DNA from: Antedon mediterranea
Taxonomy: Eukaryota; Animalia; Echinodermata
Length of the DNA: 64,000 nt
Reading direction: 5' to 3'
NCBI RefSeq assembly: GCF_964355755.1
Contig: NC_092680.1
Span: 5,766,001 to 5,830,000 of the forward strand
Part shown: positions 1-14,170 of the stretch, in pieces
Layout: each line of letters begins with the position of its first letter
Numbering within the stretch: position 1 is the first letter of the stretch
Translations under genes and position numbers: made by a program
The notes under the pieces: model-generated
Told to the model about the DNA's origin: nothing
What the model saw: only the letters and a program-made list of their open reading frames with translations
Databases searched by the model: none

Positions 1-3000
1 GTAACTTTGTCAACATATCGACATTTACGTGAACTTGTGCACCTCCTATTTTTGAATGACGTCAGAGTTGCGCAACGTGACTTACGCGCGATTTTATGAA
101 TTTCAATGATTGATCATAGACTAAAAACGAAACATAATTTTGTTTTGACACTTTGTGAAAATTTAAGTCACATCAAGCGCAAACTTCCTATGGATTAAAA
201 ATAGCATGTTTCACAAAAAGTTACGCGCGCACGCGCGTTTAAAATTTTAGAGTGCGAAAAATCAACTTCTAATCAACTTTCTATGCGTTTCATGTCATTT
301 TGAGCATGTCAAAAATTCCCACGCGCGCGAAACTTTTTACGCACGCGGTGCACACTTAGAGTTAAAAACATATTTTTTTCGCGTGATTCATGTTTTTTCA
401 GCCTTTTATAGTAATGTTACCAACCTTTAAACAATTTCGACTTAAAATTACGTCATACGAGCACGTCGAATTAAATAATTTGCACGCGTTTCTGGTGAAA
501 AAGTTCAAAAATTCGTCAAAATTATGCCTATTTTTAAACAGTCATAGATTCTAAACTACATGGAGAACTTTTTTTTAATTACATATTCTGGAAGTTGATG
601 AGTTGTAGATATCGAATCATGCATTAATATGGCTAACCGGACATTGTGACGTCATCGTATGGCCACGCGAATATAAAATATAGGATTTTTGTCTCTTTCG
701 TCATAGCTCATCACATTTAATAGAGCGCATCTCCACTTATTCGTAGTAGATTTTCACCCCGATTTTAATATATTCTAGGTCAATTAACTATCTTTTGCAT
801 GAATTAAACATTTTTTAATTTTTTTATCGTCATCATGCCTAAAAATTTAAATTACGTTGGTCATTAATTTCATCTTTACAGTAAATGTTAATCTGTTATA
901 GCTCGTAAGAATAAAATGTGATAATCAGGATTAAAACGTTTTCAGGAAGCTATTGTATTGTAGATACAAAATCATGTGAAAATTGTGCCAATCGAATGTT
1001 GTGACGTCATCATATGGCCAGTTAAATACAAAAAGTCGTATTTTCATCTTTTGCGTTATATTTCATTACATTTAAAAGAGCGCGCATCAATATTTCACGT
1101 ATTCAAATTTCTTCTACACGTTAATATGTTGTTGCTGAGATAATTTCATTCTGAAATTTCTACTTTTGCATTTCATTTTGAAACCGTCAAGATGTTAAAA
1201 ATTACAATAAAATACGGGTCCCGTAATTTCACCTATTTTACACTGTTTGTGATATGTATACAGATTGTACTGTGTATACTATATGACACAAAATAACAGA
1301 ATTCAGAAATAACAACATATCATATTCTTCAGTTCAGGTCATAATGCCTTAATATTTCTCTGTGTGCAATATTCTAACGTATGACGTGCACGTGGCGTTT
1401 GTCGAGCGGATAACTAACTCGTCAAAGTGACGAGTTTCATGTCTAGTCTTATTTCTTTCTCCTCCATTTTTGTGTCTCGCGTATCTCAAAAACTTGTAAA
1501 CATAACATTTCATAACTTTGTCAACATATGGGCATTTACGTGAAGTTGTGCACCTCCTATTTTTGAATGACGTCAGAGTTGCGCAACGTGACTTACGCGC
1601 GATTTTATGATTTTTTATGATTGATCATAGACTAAAAACCAAAAGTCATCTTGTATTGACACTTAGTGAAAATTTAAGTCATATCAAGGGAAAACTTTAT
1701 ATGGATTAAAAATGGCATGTTTTACAAAAACTTACGCGCGCACGCGCATTTAAAATTTTAAAATGCGCAAAATTAATTTCTAATCAACTTTCTACGCTGA
1801 TCAGGACATTTTGAGCATGTCAAAAATTCCCACGCGCGCGAAAAAATTTACTCGTAAGGTGCGCACGTAGCATGAAAACCATGTGTTTTTCTCTTGAATT
1901 ATGATTTTACAGCCTTTCTTAGTAATTTTAAAAAAGATTGACATCATTTCAAATTAAAATGACGTCATATGAACACGTTGATTGAGACCATTTGCGCACG
2001 TTTTAGTTGAAAAAGTTATAAAATATTGTCAAAATAATGCCTATTTTGAATCTATTATAGCTCTTCAGGATCAAAGGTGACCCCAATTTTTTAAAACTTA
2101 TTATGCAAGAAGATAAATTGTAGATATAAATTCATGCACAATTTTTACCTCTCGGATGTTATGACGTCATCGTATGGCCACACGAATGTATAATATAGGA
2201 TTTTTGTCTCTTTCGTTATTGCTCATCACTTTCAATAGAGCGCATCTTGCTTATCCGTATTCCATTTCCTCCGAGATTTTAATATTATCTAGGTCAATCA
2301 ACTATCTTTCACATGAGTTAAAAATATTTTAAATGTTATGACGTCATCATGCCTAAAAATTTTAATTAACAGGGTAATTAATTTCATCTTTACAGTAAAT
2401 TTTAATCTGTTATAGCTCGTACGAATAAAATGTGATAATCACGATTAAAACGTTTTCAGGAAGCTATGGGATTGTAGATACTAAATCATGTGAACTTTTC
2501 GCCAATTAGATATTGTGACGTCATCATATGGCCAATTAAATAAACAAAGTCGTATTTTCATCTTTTGCGTCATAGTTCATTACATTTAAAAGAGCGCGCA
2601 TCAATATTACATGTATTCAAATTTCTTCTAAACGTTAATATGTTGTTGCTGAGATAATTTCCTTCCGAAATTACTACCTTCGCGTTTCATTTTGAAACCG
2701 TCAACATGTTAAAAATTGGAATAAAATACGGGTCCTGTAATTTCACCTATTTTACACTGTCGTTGATATGTATACAGATTATACTGTGTATACTATATGA
2801 CACAAAATATACAGCATTCAGCACTAACAACACATCATATTCTTCAATTCAGGTAATAATGCCATAATCTTTTTTTGTGTGCAAATTTTCAACGTATGAC
2901 GTGCGCGTGGCGTTTGTCGAGCGGATAACTAACTCGTCAAAGTGACGAGTTTCATGTCTAGTTAGTTATCCGCTTAGTAGCGGATAACTGCTTGTAATCG

Positions 3001-6000
3001 TCCTGTTACTTTTTTTTTTTTTTTTTCTTATTTCTTTCTCCCTCATTTTTGTGTCTCGCGTATCTCAAAAACTTGTAAACATAACATTTCATTACTTTGT
3101 CAACATATGGGCATTTACGTGAAGTTGTGCACCTCCTATTTTTGAATGACGTCAGAGTTGCGCAACGTGACTTACGTGCGATTTTATGATTTTTTATGAT
3201 TGATCATAGACTAAAAACCAAGCATAAATTTGTTTTGACACTTTGTGAAAATTTAAGTCATATGAAGGGAAAACTTTTTGTGGATTAAAAATGGCATGTT
3301 TTACAAGACGTTACGCGCGCACGCGCATTTCTCCTCTATTTTTGTGTCTCGCGTATCTAAAAAACGTGTAAACATAACATTTCATAACTTTGTCAACATA
3401 TGGGCATTCACATGAAGTTGTGCACCTCCTATTGTGAATGACGTCAGAAATGCGCAACGTGACTTACGCACAATTTTATGAATTTCGCGTATTTAACATA
3501 GATTTAAAACCATAGAACAATTTAAATTGAAACTTAGCAAAAGTTTAATTTATATCATGCGCTAACTTTTTGTGGATAAAAAATTGCGTGTTTTACACAA
3601 AGTTACGCGCGCACGCTAATTTAAAATTCAAAATGCGAAAAATCAATTTCTAATCAACTTTCTACGTGTTTCATGTCATTTTAAGCATGTAAAAAATTCC
3701 CACGCGCGCGCTTTTTTTTACGCGCGCGGTGCGAACGTAGCGTTGAAAACCATTTTTCTCTCGTGATTTATGTTTTCAAGCCTTTTATAGTAATTTTACC
3801 AACTTTGAAACAATTTAATTTCAACTTCAAATTACGTCATACGGGCACGTCGAATTGGATAATTTATGTGCGTTTTTGAGGAAAAAGTTCAAACATTTGT
3901 CAAAATTATACCTTTTTTTAAACAATCATAGATTCTAAACTACGAGGTGAACTTTGTTTAAATTACATATCCAGGAAGATGATAAGTTGTAGATAAGGAA
4001 TCATGCATTGATATGGCAAACCGGACATTGTGACGTCATCGTATGGCCACGCGAATATAAAATATAGGATTTTTTTATCTTTCGTCATAGCGCATCTCAT
4101 TTAATAGAGCGCCTCTCCACTTATCCGTATTCCATTTTAACCCAGATTTTGAAATTTTCTAGGTCAATCAACTATCTTACGTAAGAGTAAACATTTTTTT
4201 ATTTTTATGACGTCATAATGTCTAAAAATATAAATAACGTGGGTCACTTATATTTATCTTTACAGTAAATTTTAATCTGTTATAGCTCATCAAAATAAAA
4301 TGTGATAATCACGATTAAAACGTTTTCTGGAAGCTATTGGATTGTAGATACGAATTCATGTAAACATTTTGCCAATCGGATGTTGGGACGTCATCATATG
4401 GCCAGTTGAATAAAAAAAGACGTATTTTCATATTTTGCGTAATAGTTCATCACATTTAAAAGGGTGCGCATCTATATTTTACGTATTCAAATTTCTTCTA
4501 CACGTTAATATGTTGTTCCTGAGATAATTTCCTTCTGAAATTGCTATCTAAGTGTTTCATTTTGATACCGTCGCCATGTTAAAAATTGGAATAAATGGCG
4601 GGTCCCGTAATTTCACCTATTCTACACTGTATGTAATATGTATACAGATTATACTGTTTGCATGTATATACTATATGACACAAAATTGACAGAATTCAGC
4701 ACTAACAGCATATCATATTCTTCAGTTCAGGTCATAATGCCTTAATATTTTTCTGTGTCCAATATTCTAACGTATGACGTGCGCGTGGCGTTTGTCGAGC
4801 GGATAACTAACTCGTCAAAGTGACGAGTTTCATGTCTAGTTTCTTCTTTCTTTCCACGATTTTTGTTCGCAGCGTATCTCTAATTCTGGCCAACATATGA
4901 TTGTATAACTTTGTCAAAAGATAGCCCTGTAGCTGTAGATGTGCAAGAAACTTTTTTTTTCGAATTTCGAGTTGCGCAGCGTAAGTTACGCGCAATTTTA
5001 TGAATTTCAATGATTGATCATAGAATAAAAACTAAAAGTCATTTTGTATTGAAACTTGGTGAAAATTTAAGTCATAACATGCTCAAACTTTCTATGGATT
5101 AAAAATGGCATGTTTGACAGAAAGTTACGCGCGCACGCGCGTTTAAAATTTCAAAATGCGAAAATTCAATTTCTAATCAACTTTCTACGCGTTTCATGTC
5201 ATTTTGAGCATTTCAAAAATTCCCACGCGTTCGCAATTTTTTTACGCGCGCGTGCGCACGTAGCGCAAAAACGTCTTTTTTTTGCTTGATTTTTGTTATT
5301 TCAGCCTTTTCTAGTAAATTTATCAATTTTCAATCAATTTCGACTTAAAATCACGTCATACGAGCACGTAGAATTGAACAATTTAGGCACGTTTTTGATG
5401 AAAAAGTTCAAAAATTTGTCAAAATTATGCCTTTTTTTAAACTGTCATAGATTCTAAACTCCGTGGTGAACATTTTTAAAATTTCAGATTCTGGAAGTAG
5501 ATGAATTGTAGATATCAAATCATGCATGAATATGGCTAACCGGACATTGTGACGTCATCATATGGCCACTCGAATATAAAATATAGGATTTTTGTCACTT
5601 TCGCATAGCTCATCACATTTAATAGAGCGCATCTCCACTTATCCGTGTTTCATTTCCTCCCATTTTGTTATATTGTCTAGGCCAATCGATTATCTTTCGC
5701 ATAATCTACGATTTTTTAAATTGTGATGACGTCATCATGTCCAAAAGCGTCAATAACTTTGGTCACTTATTTTCACCTATTCTGCACTGTATGTAGTACG
5801 TATACAATATAGTGTTATACCGTATATACTTAGACGTGACGCAAAATAGAGAGCCCACTAACATTTTTTCAATGCCATAATCGTTTTTTTGCGCGCAATA
5901 TTCTAACGTATGACGTGCACGTGGCTTTTGCGCTGCGGATAACCTAACTCGTCCGTAGTGACGAGTTCAAATCTAGTATTTATTTCTTTCTTTACACCCT

Positions 6001-9000
6001 TCTCCCCCATTTTTTGTTCGCAGCGTATCTCTAATTCTGTCCAACATATGATTGTATAACTTTGTCAAAAGATTGCCCTGTAGATGTAGATGTGCAAGAA
6101 ACTTTTTTTTATAAATTTTGAATCGCGCAGCGTAAGTTACGCGCGATTTTATGAATTTCAATGATTGATCATAGAATAAAAACTAAATGTCATTTTGTAT
6201 AGAAACTTCGTGAAAATTTAAGTCATATCATGCGCTAACTTTTTATGGAGAGAAAATGGCATGTTCTACAGAAAGTTACGCGCGCACGCGCGTTTAAAAT
6301 TTCAAAATGCGAAAAATCAATTTCTAATCAATTTTCTACGCGTTTCATGTCATTTTGAGCATTTGAAAAATTCCCACGCGTGCGCAATTTTTTTACGCGC
6401 GCGTACGCACGTAGCGCAAAAACATATTTTTTTTGCTTGATTTTTGTTTTTTCAGCCTTTTATAGTAAATTTACCAATTTTCAATCAATTTCGACTTAAA
6501 ATCACGTCATACGAGCATGTAGAATTAAACAATTTGCGCGCATTTTTGATGAAAAAGTTTAAAAATTTGTGAAAATTATGCCTTTTTTTAAACAGTCATA
6601 GATTCTAAACTACGTGGAAAACTTTTTTATAATTACATATTCTGGTAGTAGATGAGTTGCAGATATCAAATCATGCATCAATATGGCTAACCGGACAATG
6701 TGACGTCATCGTATGGCCACTCGAATATAAAATATAGGATTTTTGTCTCTTTCCTCGTAGCTCGTCACATTTAATATAGCGCATCTCCACTTATTTGTAT
6801 TCCATTTCCCCCCATTTTTTATGTTGTCTAGGTCAATCAATTATCTTTCGCACGATTCACCATTTTTTAAATTGTGATGACGTCATCATGTCCAAAAGCG
6901 TCAATAACGTGGGTCCCTTATTTTCACCTATTCTGCACTGTATGTAGTACGTATACAGAATACAGTGTATACCGTATATACTTTGACGTGACGCAAAATA
7001 GAGAGCGCACTAACATTTTTTCAATGGCGTAATCGTTTTTCTGCGCGCAATATTCCAACGTATGACGTGCACGTGGCGTTTGCGATGCGGATAACCTAAC
7101 TCGTCCGTAGTGACGAGTTCAAATCTAGTTTTTTTTTTTCTTTTTTTTCTATTTTCTTCTTTCTTTCCACGAATTTTGTTGCTAGTGTATCTCTAAATCT
7201 TCTTAACATAACATTGTATAAATTTATCAGAAGATTGACCTCTATCTGAAGATGTCGTAATAAGGTTTTTGGTCATGTCCGAGTTGCGCAGCGTAAGTTA
7301 CGCGCAATTTTATGAATTTCAATGATTGATCATAGAATAAAAACTAAAAGTTATTTTGTATTGAAACTTGGTGAAAATTTAAGTCTTGACATGCTTAAAC
7401 TTTCTATGGATTAAAAATGGCATGTTTGACAGAAAGTTACGCGCGCACGCGCGTTTAAAATTTCAAAATGCGTAAAATCAATTTCTAATCAACTTTCTAC
7501 GCGTTTCAGGTAATTTTGAGCATTTCAAAAATTCCCACGCGTGCGCAATTTTTTTACGCGCGCGTGCGCACTTAGCGCAAAAACATCTTTTTTTTGCTTG
7601 ATTTTTGTTTTTTCAGCCTTTTCTAGTAATTTTACCAATTTTCAATCAATTTGGACCTAAAATCACGTCATACGAGCACGTAGAATTAAACAATTTACGC
7701 GTGTTTTTGATGAAAAAGTTCAAAAAATCGTGAAAACTATGCCTTTCTTTAAAAAATCATAGATTCTAAACTCCGTGGTGAACATTTTAAAAATTTCAGA
7801 TTCTGGAAGTAGATGAGTGGTAGATATCAAATCATGCATACATATGGCTAACCGGACATTGTGACATCATCGTATGGCCACTGGAATATAAAATATAGGA
7901 TTTTTGTCTCTTTCGCATAGCTCATCACATTTAATAGAGCGCATCTCTACTTATCCGTATTCCATTTCCCACCATTTTGTTATATTGTCTAGGTCAATCA
8001 ATTATCTTTCGCATGGTTAACAATTTTTAAGATTGTTATGACGTCATCATTTGCAAAAGCGTCAATAACTTTGGTCACTTATTTTCACCTATTCTGCACT
8101 GTATGTAGTACGTATACAGTATAGCATATACCGTATATACTTAGACGTGACACAAAATAGAGGGCTCACTAACATTTTTTTCAATGGCATAATCGTTTTT
8201 CTGCGCGCAATATTCTAACTTATGTGTCATGCGCGTGGCTTTTGCGCTGCGGATAACCTAACTCGTCCGTAGTGACGAGTTCAAATCTAGTTGGTTATCC
8301 GCACTTGGCGGATAACCCCTTGTTATTGTCAGGATCTTTTTTTTTTTTATTTTTCTTTTTTTTCTATTTTCTTCTTTCTTTCCACGAATTTTGTTGCTAG
8401 TGTATCTCTAAATCTTCTTAACATAACATTGCATAACTTTATCAGAAGATTGACCTCTATCTGAAGATGTCGTAATAAGGTTTTCGGTCACGTCCGAGTT
8501 GCGCAGCGTAAGTTACGCGCAATTTTATGAATTTCAATGATTGATTATAGAATAAAAACTAAAAGACATTTTGTATTGAAACTTGGTGAAAATTTAAGTC
8601 ATAACATGCTAAAACTTTCTATGGATTAAAAATGGCATGTTTGACAGAAAGTTATGCGCGCACGCGCGTTTAAAATTTCAAAATGCGTAAAATCAATTTC
8701 TAATCAACTTTCTACGCGTTTCAGGTCATTTTAAGCATTTCAAAAATTCCCACGCGTGCGCAATTTTTTTACGCGCGCGTGCGCACTTAGAGCAAAAACA
8801 TCTTTTTTTTGCTTTATTTTTGTTTTTTCAGCCTTTTCTAGTAATTCTACCAATTTTTAATCAATTTCGACATAAAATCACGTCATACGAGCACGTAGAA
8901 TTGAACAATTTGCGCGCGTTTTTGATGAAAAAGTTCAAAAATTCGTCAAAATTATGCCTTTTTTAAAACAGTCATAGATTGTAAACTACGTGGTGAACTT

Positions 9001-9523
9001 TTTTTAAATTACATATTCTGAATGTAGATGAGTTGTAGATATAGAATCAGGCATCGATTTGGCTAACCGGACATTGTGACATCATCGTATGGCCACTCGA
9101 ATATCAAAAATAGGATTTTTGACTCTTTCGTCATAGCTCGTCACATTTAATAGAGCGCATCTCCTTTATCCGTCTTCCAATTCCCTCAATTTTTTTATTA
9201 TTGTCTAGGTCAATCAATTATCTTTCGCATGATTTACCATTTTTAAAATTGTTATGACGTCATCATGTTCAAAAGCGTCAATAACTTTGGTCACTTCTTT
9301 TCACCTATTCTGCACTGTATGTAGTACGTATACAGTATATAGTGTATACCGTATATACATAGACGTGACGCAAAATAGAGGGCGCACTAACATTTTTTTT
9401 CAATGGCATAATCGTTTTTCTGCGCGCACAATATTCTAACGTATGATGTGCCGTGGCCTTTGGTGCCGTGGCCTTTGCGCTGCGGATAACCTAACTCGTC
9501 CGAAGTGACGAGTTCAAATCTAG
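1..9523 (+). mobile_element. Stacked array of 8 non-autonomous Helentron/Helitron-like (HINE/DINE-type) elements, two subfamilies
   Basis: Seven units end in subTIR GCGGATAAC(C)TAA + hairpin ACTCGTC..GACGAGT + CTAG|T, at 1446, 2961, 4839, 5976, 7128, 8290 and 9523. Intact 5' heads with the complementary subTIR in a palindrome occur at 2962 (ttagttatccgc-ttagta-gcggataac) and 8291 (ttggttatccgc-acttg-gcggataacc). Subfamily A is ~1.5 kb (1-4839, with a truncated unit at 2962-3330); subfamily B is ~1.15-1.23 kb (4840-9523). No coding capacity. Confidence 0.8.
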
Positions 9524-10026
9524 TTTTAATTATTGTTGCCAATATTAAATAATTTTCATTAAATTGTGTACATGAGTAGACTGAGTAATGAGTATATTGT
9601 TGGTGTCCTAAGGTTTTTTAAACTAAGAAAGATTACGAACATTAAACCTCAATTATATTGTGACTTACATTTATTGAAGTTATTTGTTTTATAGCCTTAT
9701 AATCTACTTTTATTAGTTATAGTTCAGGATGTTCATGTTCATTAGCAATTGCGTATTAAAATTGGCTTAAAATTGGATTTAATTTAAAGTCGATGTTTTT
9801 GTAGCTAACAGGTGTTATTACCACAAAAGGGTTTTCTTAGAAAATTAGAGCAGGGGATTAGGAAAAAATCTGAGGACCAAAACTAATGCTTCACCAATAC
9901 GATGTACAGTAAAAATAAACCCCAGGTGCAATTGGTTTTAATGGATGTAAAAGTTAATCCTTGGCCGTTATGATTATGAATTTAAAATTAGTAAAATAAA
10001 AGTATAATGTGTCAAATTCATAGTAA

Positions 10027-10197
10027 AGCTCTGTCTACTAGTTTGACAAAAAAAAGTGTGATGTTCCCAAATATGGTAGTGATATCCCAAAATATGGTTG
10101 TGATATCCCCAAATATGGTAGTGATATGACATCATCATGTCCATATATGGGTACATCACATTTTTGTCACATAAAGTTTGATAGTGTAGACAGAGCT
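10027..10197. mobile_element. MITE family M1 (PIF/Harbinger-type)
   Basis: TIR AGCTCTGTCTAC(ACTATCAAACT), TAA target-site duplication on both sides, internal 21-bp repeats. Confidence 0.85.
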
Positions 10198-10639
10198 TAA
10201 GAATATTTCCTGTGCATGACGATATTGCTAGTACACAGGAATGTTACACTTTGTCTACCTTTATTAGTATTATCAGCTTCTTTAACTTTAAACTAATTTA
10301 CATACAGTAGTTAAGTACTTCTGAAAGCACGGGCCGCTTACTCAATGAGCCATATTTGCCGCAAGTCACATTTTCATTCTTGATTGCTATTTAAATTTGA
10401 GCCTTCTGAGTTCTAGGTCAGTTACAATTACAACTAATGAATACCACTGTCTTTACATACTAAAACCATAGCCTATAGGTCCATCTAGGCACGACGTAAT
10501 CAAGCCAATTGGGGAATTTCCAACTAGAGCAATTATGCTTGTAATATGCTTTAACCAATTAGTAGAATGGAGTAGTCTAGGGATTAATATGAGATTGCTA
10601 TAGAAATGATGAAATAATAAGAAATCCGATTTTGTTTGG

Positions 10640-10780
10640 AAGAAGACCTGAGTTAAAGGATCTGCCATCTTGTTTATGTCCTTCAGTAAGGTACTGTCAT
10701 TTCTTCATCCTTCGGATAGAGTGTTAAGCAGTTGGTCCTGTGTATAATATAAAGGCTTAAGTACTAGTGGAAGTACTAGT
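10640..10780 (+). mobile_element. Degenerate Deu-domain SINE remnant
   Basis: ccttcggatagagtgttaagcagttggtcc resembles the Deu/Nin core TCTTTCGGATGAGACGTTAAACCGAGGTCC (from memory). Confidence 0.4.
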
Positions 10781-10874
10781 ACATATTTCTAGTAGTACTA
10801 GTAGGAATCATGATACGTACTATACCCTCTCTCACTGTATCTAACAATCAACAACAATAATCTTATGCCGCCAA

Positions 10875-11630
10875 GTCCATGCCATTAATGTGGAAGTCCC
10901 AGAGCCTTGTCCATGCCATTAATGTGGAAGTCCCAGTCCCAGAGCTTTGTCCATGCCATTAATGTGGAAGGCCCAGTCCCAGAGCCTTGTCCATGCCATT
11001 AATGTGGAAGGCCCAGAGCCTTGTCCATGCCATTATTGTGGAAGTCCCACAGCCTTGTCAATGCAATTAATGTGGAAGGCCCAGTCCCAGAGCCTTGTCT
11101 ATGCCATTAATGTGGAAGTCCTAGAGCCTTGTCCATGCCATTAATGTGGAAGTCCCAGAGTCTTGTCCATGCCATTAATGTGGAAGGCCCAGAGCCTTGT
11201 CCATGCCATTATTGTGGAAGTCCCACAGCCTTGTCAATGCAATTAATGTGGAAGGCCCAGTCCCAGAGCCTTGTCTATGCCATTAATGTGGAAGTCCTAG
11301 AGTCTTGTCCATGCCATTAATGTGGAAGGCCCAGCGCCTTGTCCATGCCATTATTGTGGAAGTCCCACAGCCTTGTCAATGCAATTAATGTGGAAGGCCC
11401 AGTCCCAGAGCCTTGTCTATGCCATTAATGTGGAAGTCCCAGAACCTTGTCCATGCCATTAATGTGGAAGTCCCAGAGCCTTGTCCATGCCATTAATGTG
11501 GAAGTACCAGAGCCTTGTCCATGCCATTAATGTGGAAGTCCCAGAGCCTTGTCCATGCCATTAATGTGGAAGTCTCAGAGCCTTGTCCATGCCATTAATG
11601 TGGAAGTCCCAGAGCCTTGTCCATGCCACT
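10875..11630. repeat. Minisatellite, 34-bp unit with a 40-bp variant, about 21 copies
   Basis: Unit agagccttgtccatgccattaatgtggaagtccc repeated in tandem; some units carry a 6-bp ccagtc insertion. Confidence 0.95.
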
Positions 11631-12117
11631 GTTTGTGGGCTACAGTAGTCATTGCCATTGTGGAGGACCTATAGTAGTTCATGTATGAACATATATTTTA
11701 TGGATACTGTTGCATAAACATAGTTATAAATTATTCTAGATGTTATTCTTTATTGCATCATTACCATTAATTATATACAAACCATAAATAATAATGAAAT
11801 ATAATCTATTAAATTAATTTTAAGGTTCATCTTCCAGCTAAATTGCATAGTGATGCATTCCTTTAACAATGATAATTATAATATTACACAGTGTTAGTTA
11901 TATCCATATAGGCTTATTAGGGTTTTCTAGAAATTTGTGTAAGTTGCAAATGATCTAAATTACCATATTGTTACATTACCAGCCAATGCTCAGGTTTGAC
12001 CCCACTCATATGGTATTTATTATAACAATTATTTTTTATTTTTATTTATTCAACTTCTCACTAACACTGTTAGTGAAGGATCGGGACCAACAGGTGGTAA
12101 ACACCTCTAAAAACGGT

Positions 12118-12362
12118 CCAGTCCCAATTGCACAGTGGCTGTGTGTGTGTGGACTAGTACACCGGGGTAACCCCCTAGTCGTCTCGAAAGATATACTAAG
12201 TGCACATGAGCTATGTGTACACTGGACCTACGGTTTATAGTCCTTATCCGAGAAGACTCGTTCTACCACCAGAACCATGGAGCGAGTGAGCCTCGAAACC
12301 CTTGCCGATGTTATGGCTACATAATTACGGTTCCACTGTCTTAACCACTTGGTCGCTCACTC
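12118..12362 (-). mobile_element. tRNA-derived SINE with Deu/Nin-like central domain
   Basis: Minus strand has a tRNA-like head (A box ccaagtggttaag, B box ggtttcgagg), then tcttctcggataaggactataaaccgtaggtcc...aggggggttaccccggtgt. Homologous copies at 44853-45111 and 49745-49979. Confidence 0.75.
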
Positions 12363-13949
12363 GCATTGACCCAGAGAAAAAAAATAATACAAAACATGGT
12401 CACATTAGAATGATTACCATATTGTTTTTTTAATAAGAAATATCAATCCTGTAATTGGATGCATATGAAATAAGAAAATAATATATATGATACTTTTTGT
12501 ATGTGATGTCATATTGATGCATATAACAGGCAATGCTTGGTTATAGGCCCAACCACATTATATTATATAGGTATTTATCATGACGTGACCCAGAAAATAT
12601 AATAATAGTCCCATTATTACTGTATTGTTTTAACATTGAAATTCAATACACTATTAATTGCTGTATGTGATGTGTCAGTATAGGTATTACCATTACTGTA
12701 CGACATACATTAACCTATATACATTGACTTTATTCAGTTTTTTTTTACTGATTGTCTGAAGGGAGAGCTAGCAACCAAAGAAAACAAAGCTCTTAGTAAA
12801 CACAATGTGTCAGAAATGAGTTCCTCAGAGTATTTTAACTATTAAATTTGTAAAACAATACATCAATTTGTACTTCTTGTTGTTATTGAGCCTTTGACTG
12901 TCACGCATCTTCATCGACGTACAGTCGATGTAAAAGCGCATTTAGTCGATTAAACACTTCTGCAGGCATAAAGATAAACCTGGCTTTATACTCCAACTAT
13001 GAACATTAATGTGTTGCAAAATAAATGTTGAATGAATTGAATTAGAATTATTCAAATGTGAGTTGGAAACATTACAAATTAATTTTAATTTGAACATGAT
13101 TTGGCCAAATATTTAAATAGCATAGAATCATCGGTTCTTTTGGACACAGATATTCAGTGGACACCCGTAATAAGTGGATACTTTACTGTGAAATGAATGT
13201 AGGGCAATATTGTCTTTGTGACACCTATGTTTAAAGGAGATTCTTTTTTGTGGCCAAATATATGTCCCCTTAATAGAGGTTCTACTGTATTCAAATATGT
13301 TTTCACCAAATAAACAGATGTATTTGAAAAATATTTTACAGAAAGAATATTTTTATTTTTTTTTATTTACAATTATTAACATTACAAAAACTATAGTAAT
13401 GAAAAGATGAAGGTCAATCAATCATAGCAAAGCACACAAAGTTGATTAGAAGTAGAAAAAATACAATTTGTAATTTAAAATAACAACGAAAAATATTATT
13501 GCTGTTTTATAGCAGAATGATTTTGAGTTTAATAAAATGAAACTAAATCTTTTCAAGGATAAGTTCAACTACTTCCCTGATCTTGTATATTTAAAAGAAA
13601 GGCAAGAATTAACACAAAAGATATTACACAATGTTTAGAATAAACAGTTTAGATAGTAGTATAATAATTTCCTTTAATAATAACATCATAAACAAAGAAT
13701 TAGGTTGTATATATTGTTGTATTTTGATTTATTGAAATACTGCATACATTCTATCATTTGCAAGTATATTTGGAATCAGGCCTGCCCGCTCACGCGATTC
13801 TTTCTGGTGTCACCTAATTCTTTCTGGTGTCACCTGATTTTCTCTAGTTCTCCCAAATTTAATGATTTTAAAATTAAACGCATAATAGATAAATTGATTT
13901 AATTATTTTTGTGCATTTACTTTAATCCAGTACATATTTGGTATATTCT

Positions 13950-14170
13950 GTACAGTGGAACGCCTATTAGGACATAACTAACCAAGTTTATCATGATAGG
14001 GGTGTCCCCTTAATAGGGATAGGCAATAGTGTTAAAACATATTGTCCCTTGTTTCACAGAAAGTGTCTCCCTAATAGGGGTGTCCCCTTAATAGAGGTGT
14101 CCCCTTAATAGGGGTTTTCCCTGAATATGGGTGTCCCTTAATACACATGTCCCCTTTAGGGGTGTTCAAA
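13950..14170. mobile_element. Tc1/mariner (pogo/Tigger-like) MITE remnant with internal ggggtgtccccttaata repeats
   Basis: TA|CAGTGGAAC start. Related pieces ending GGTTCTACTG|TA or similar at ~13289, 45422-45586, 53914-54273 and 54830-55003. Confidence 0.55.

Noticed and set aside
4807-6161. Two similar minus-strand ORFs (MKFIK...)
   Set aside because: Their similarity comes from the repeated Helentron-like unit; the frames are not kept in other units and show no Rep/helicase motifs.
10875-11630. CRISPR-like or coding interpretation of the 34-bp repeats (ORFs 10947-11144, 11129-11320)
   Set aside because: No unique spacers, no cas genes, eukaryotic context, and a unit length not divisible by three; it is a minisatellite.
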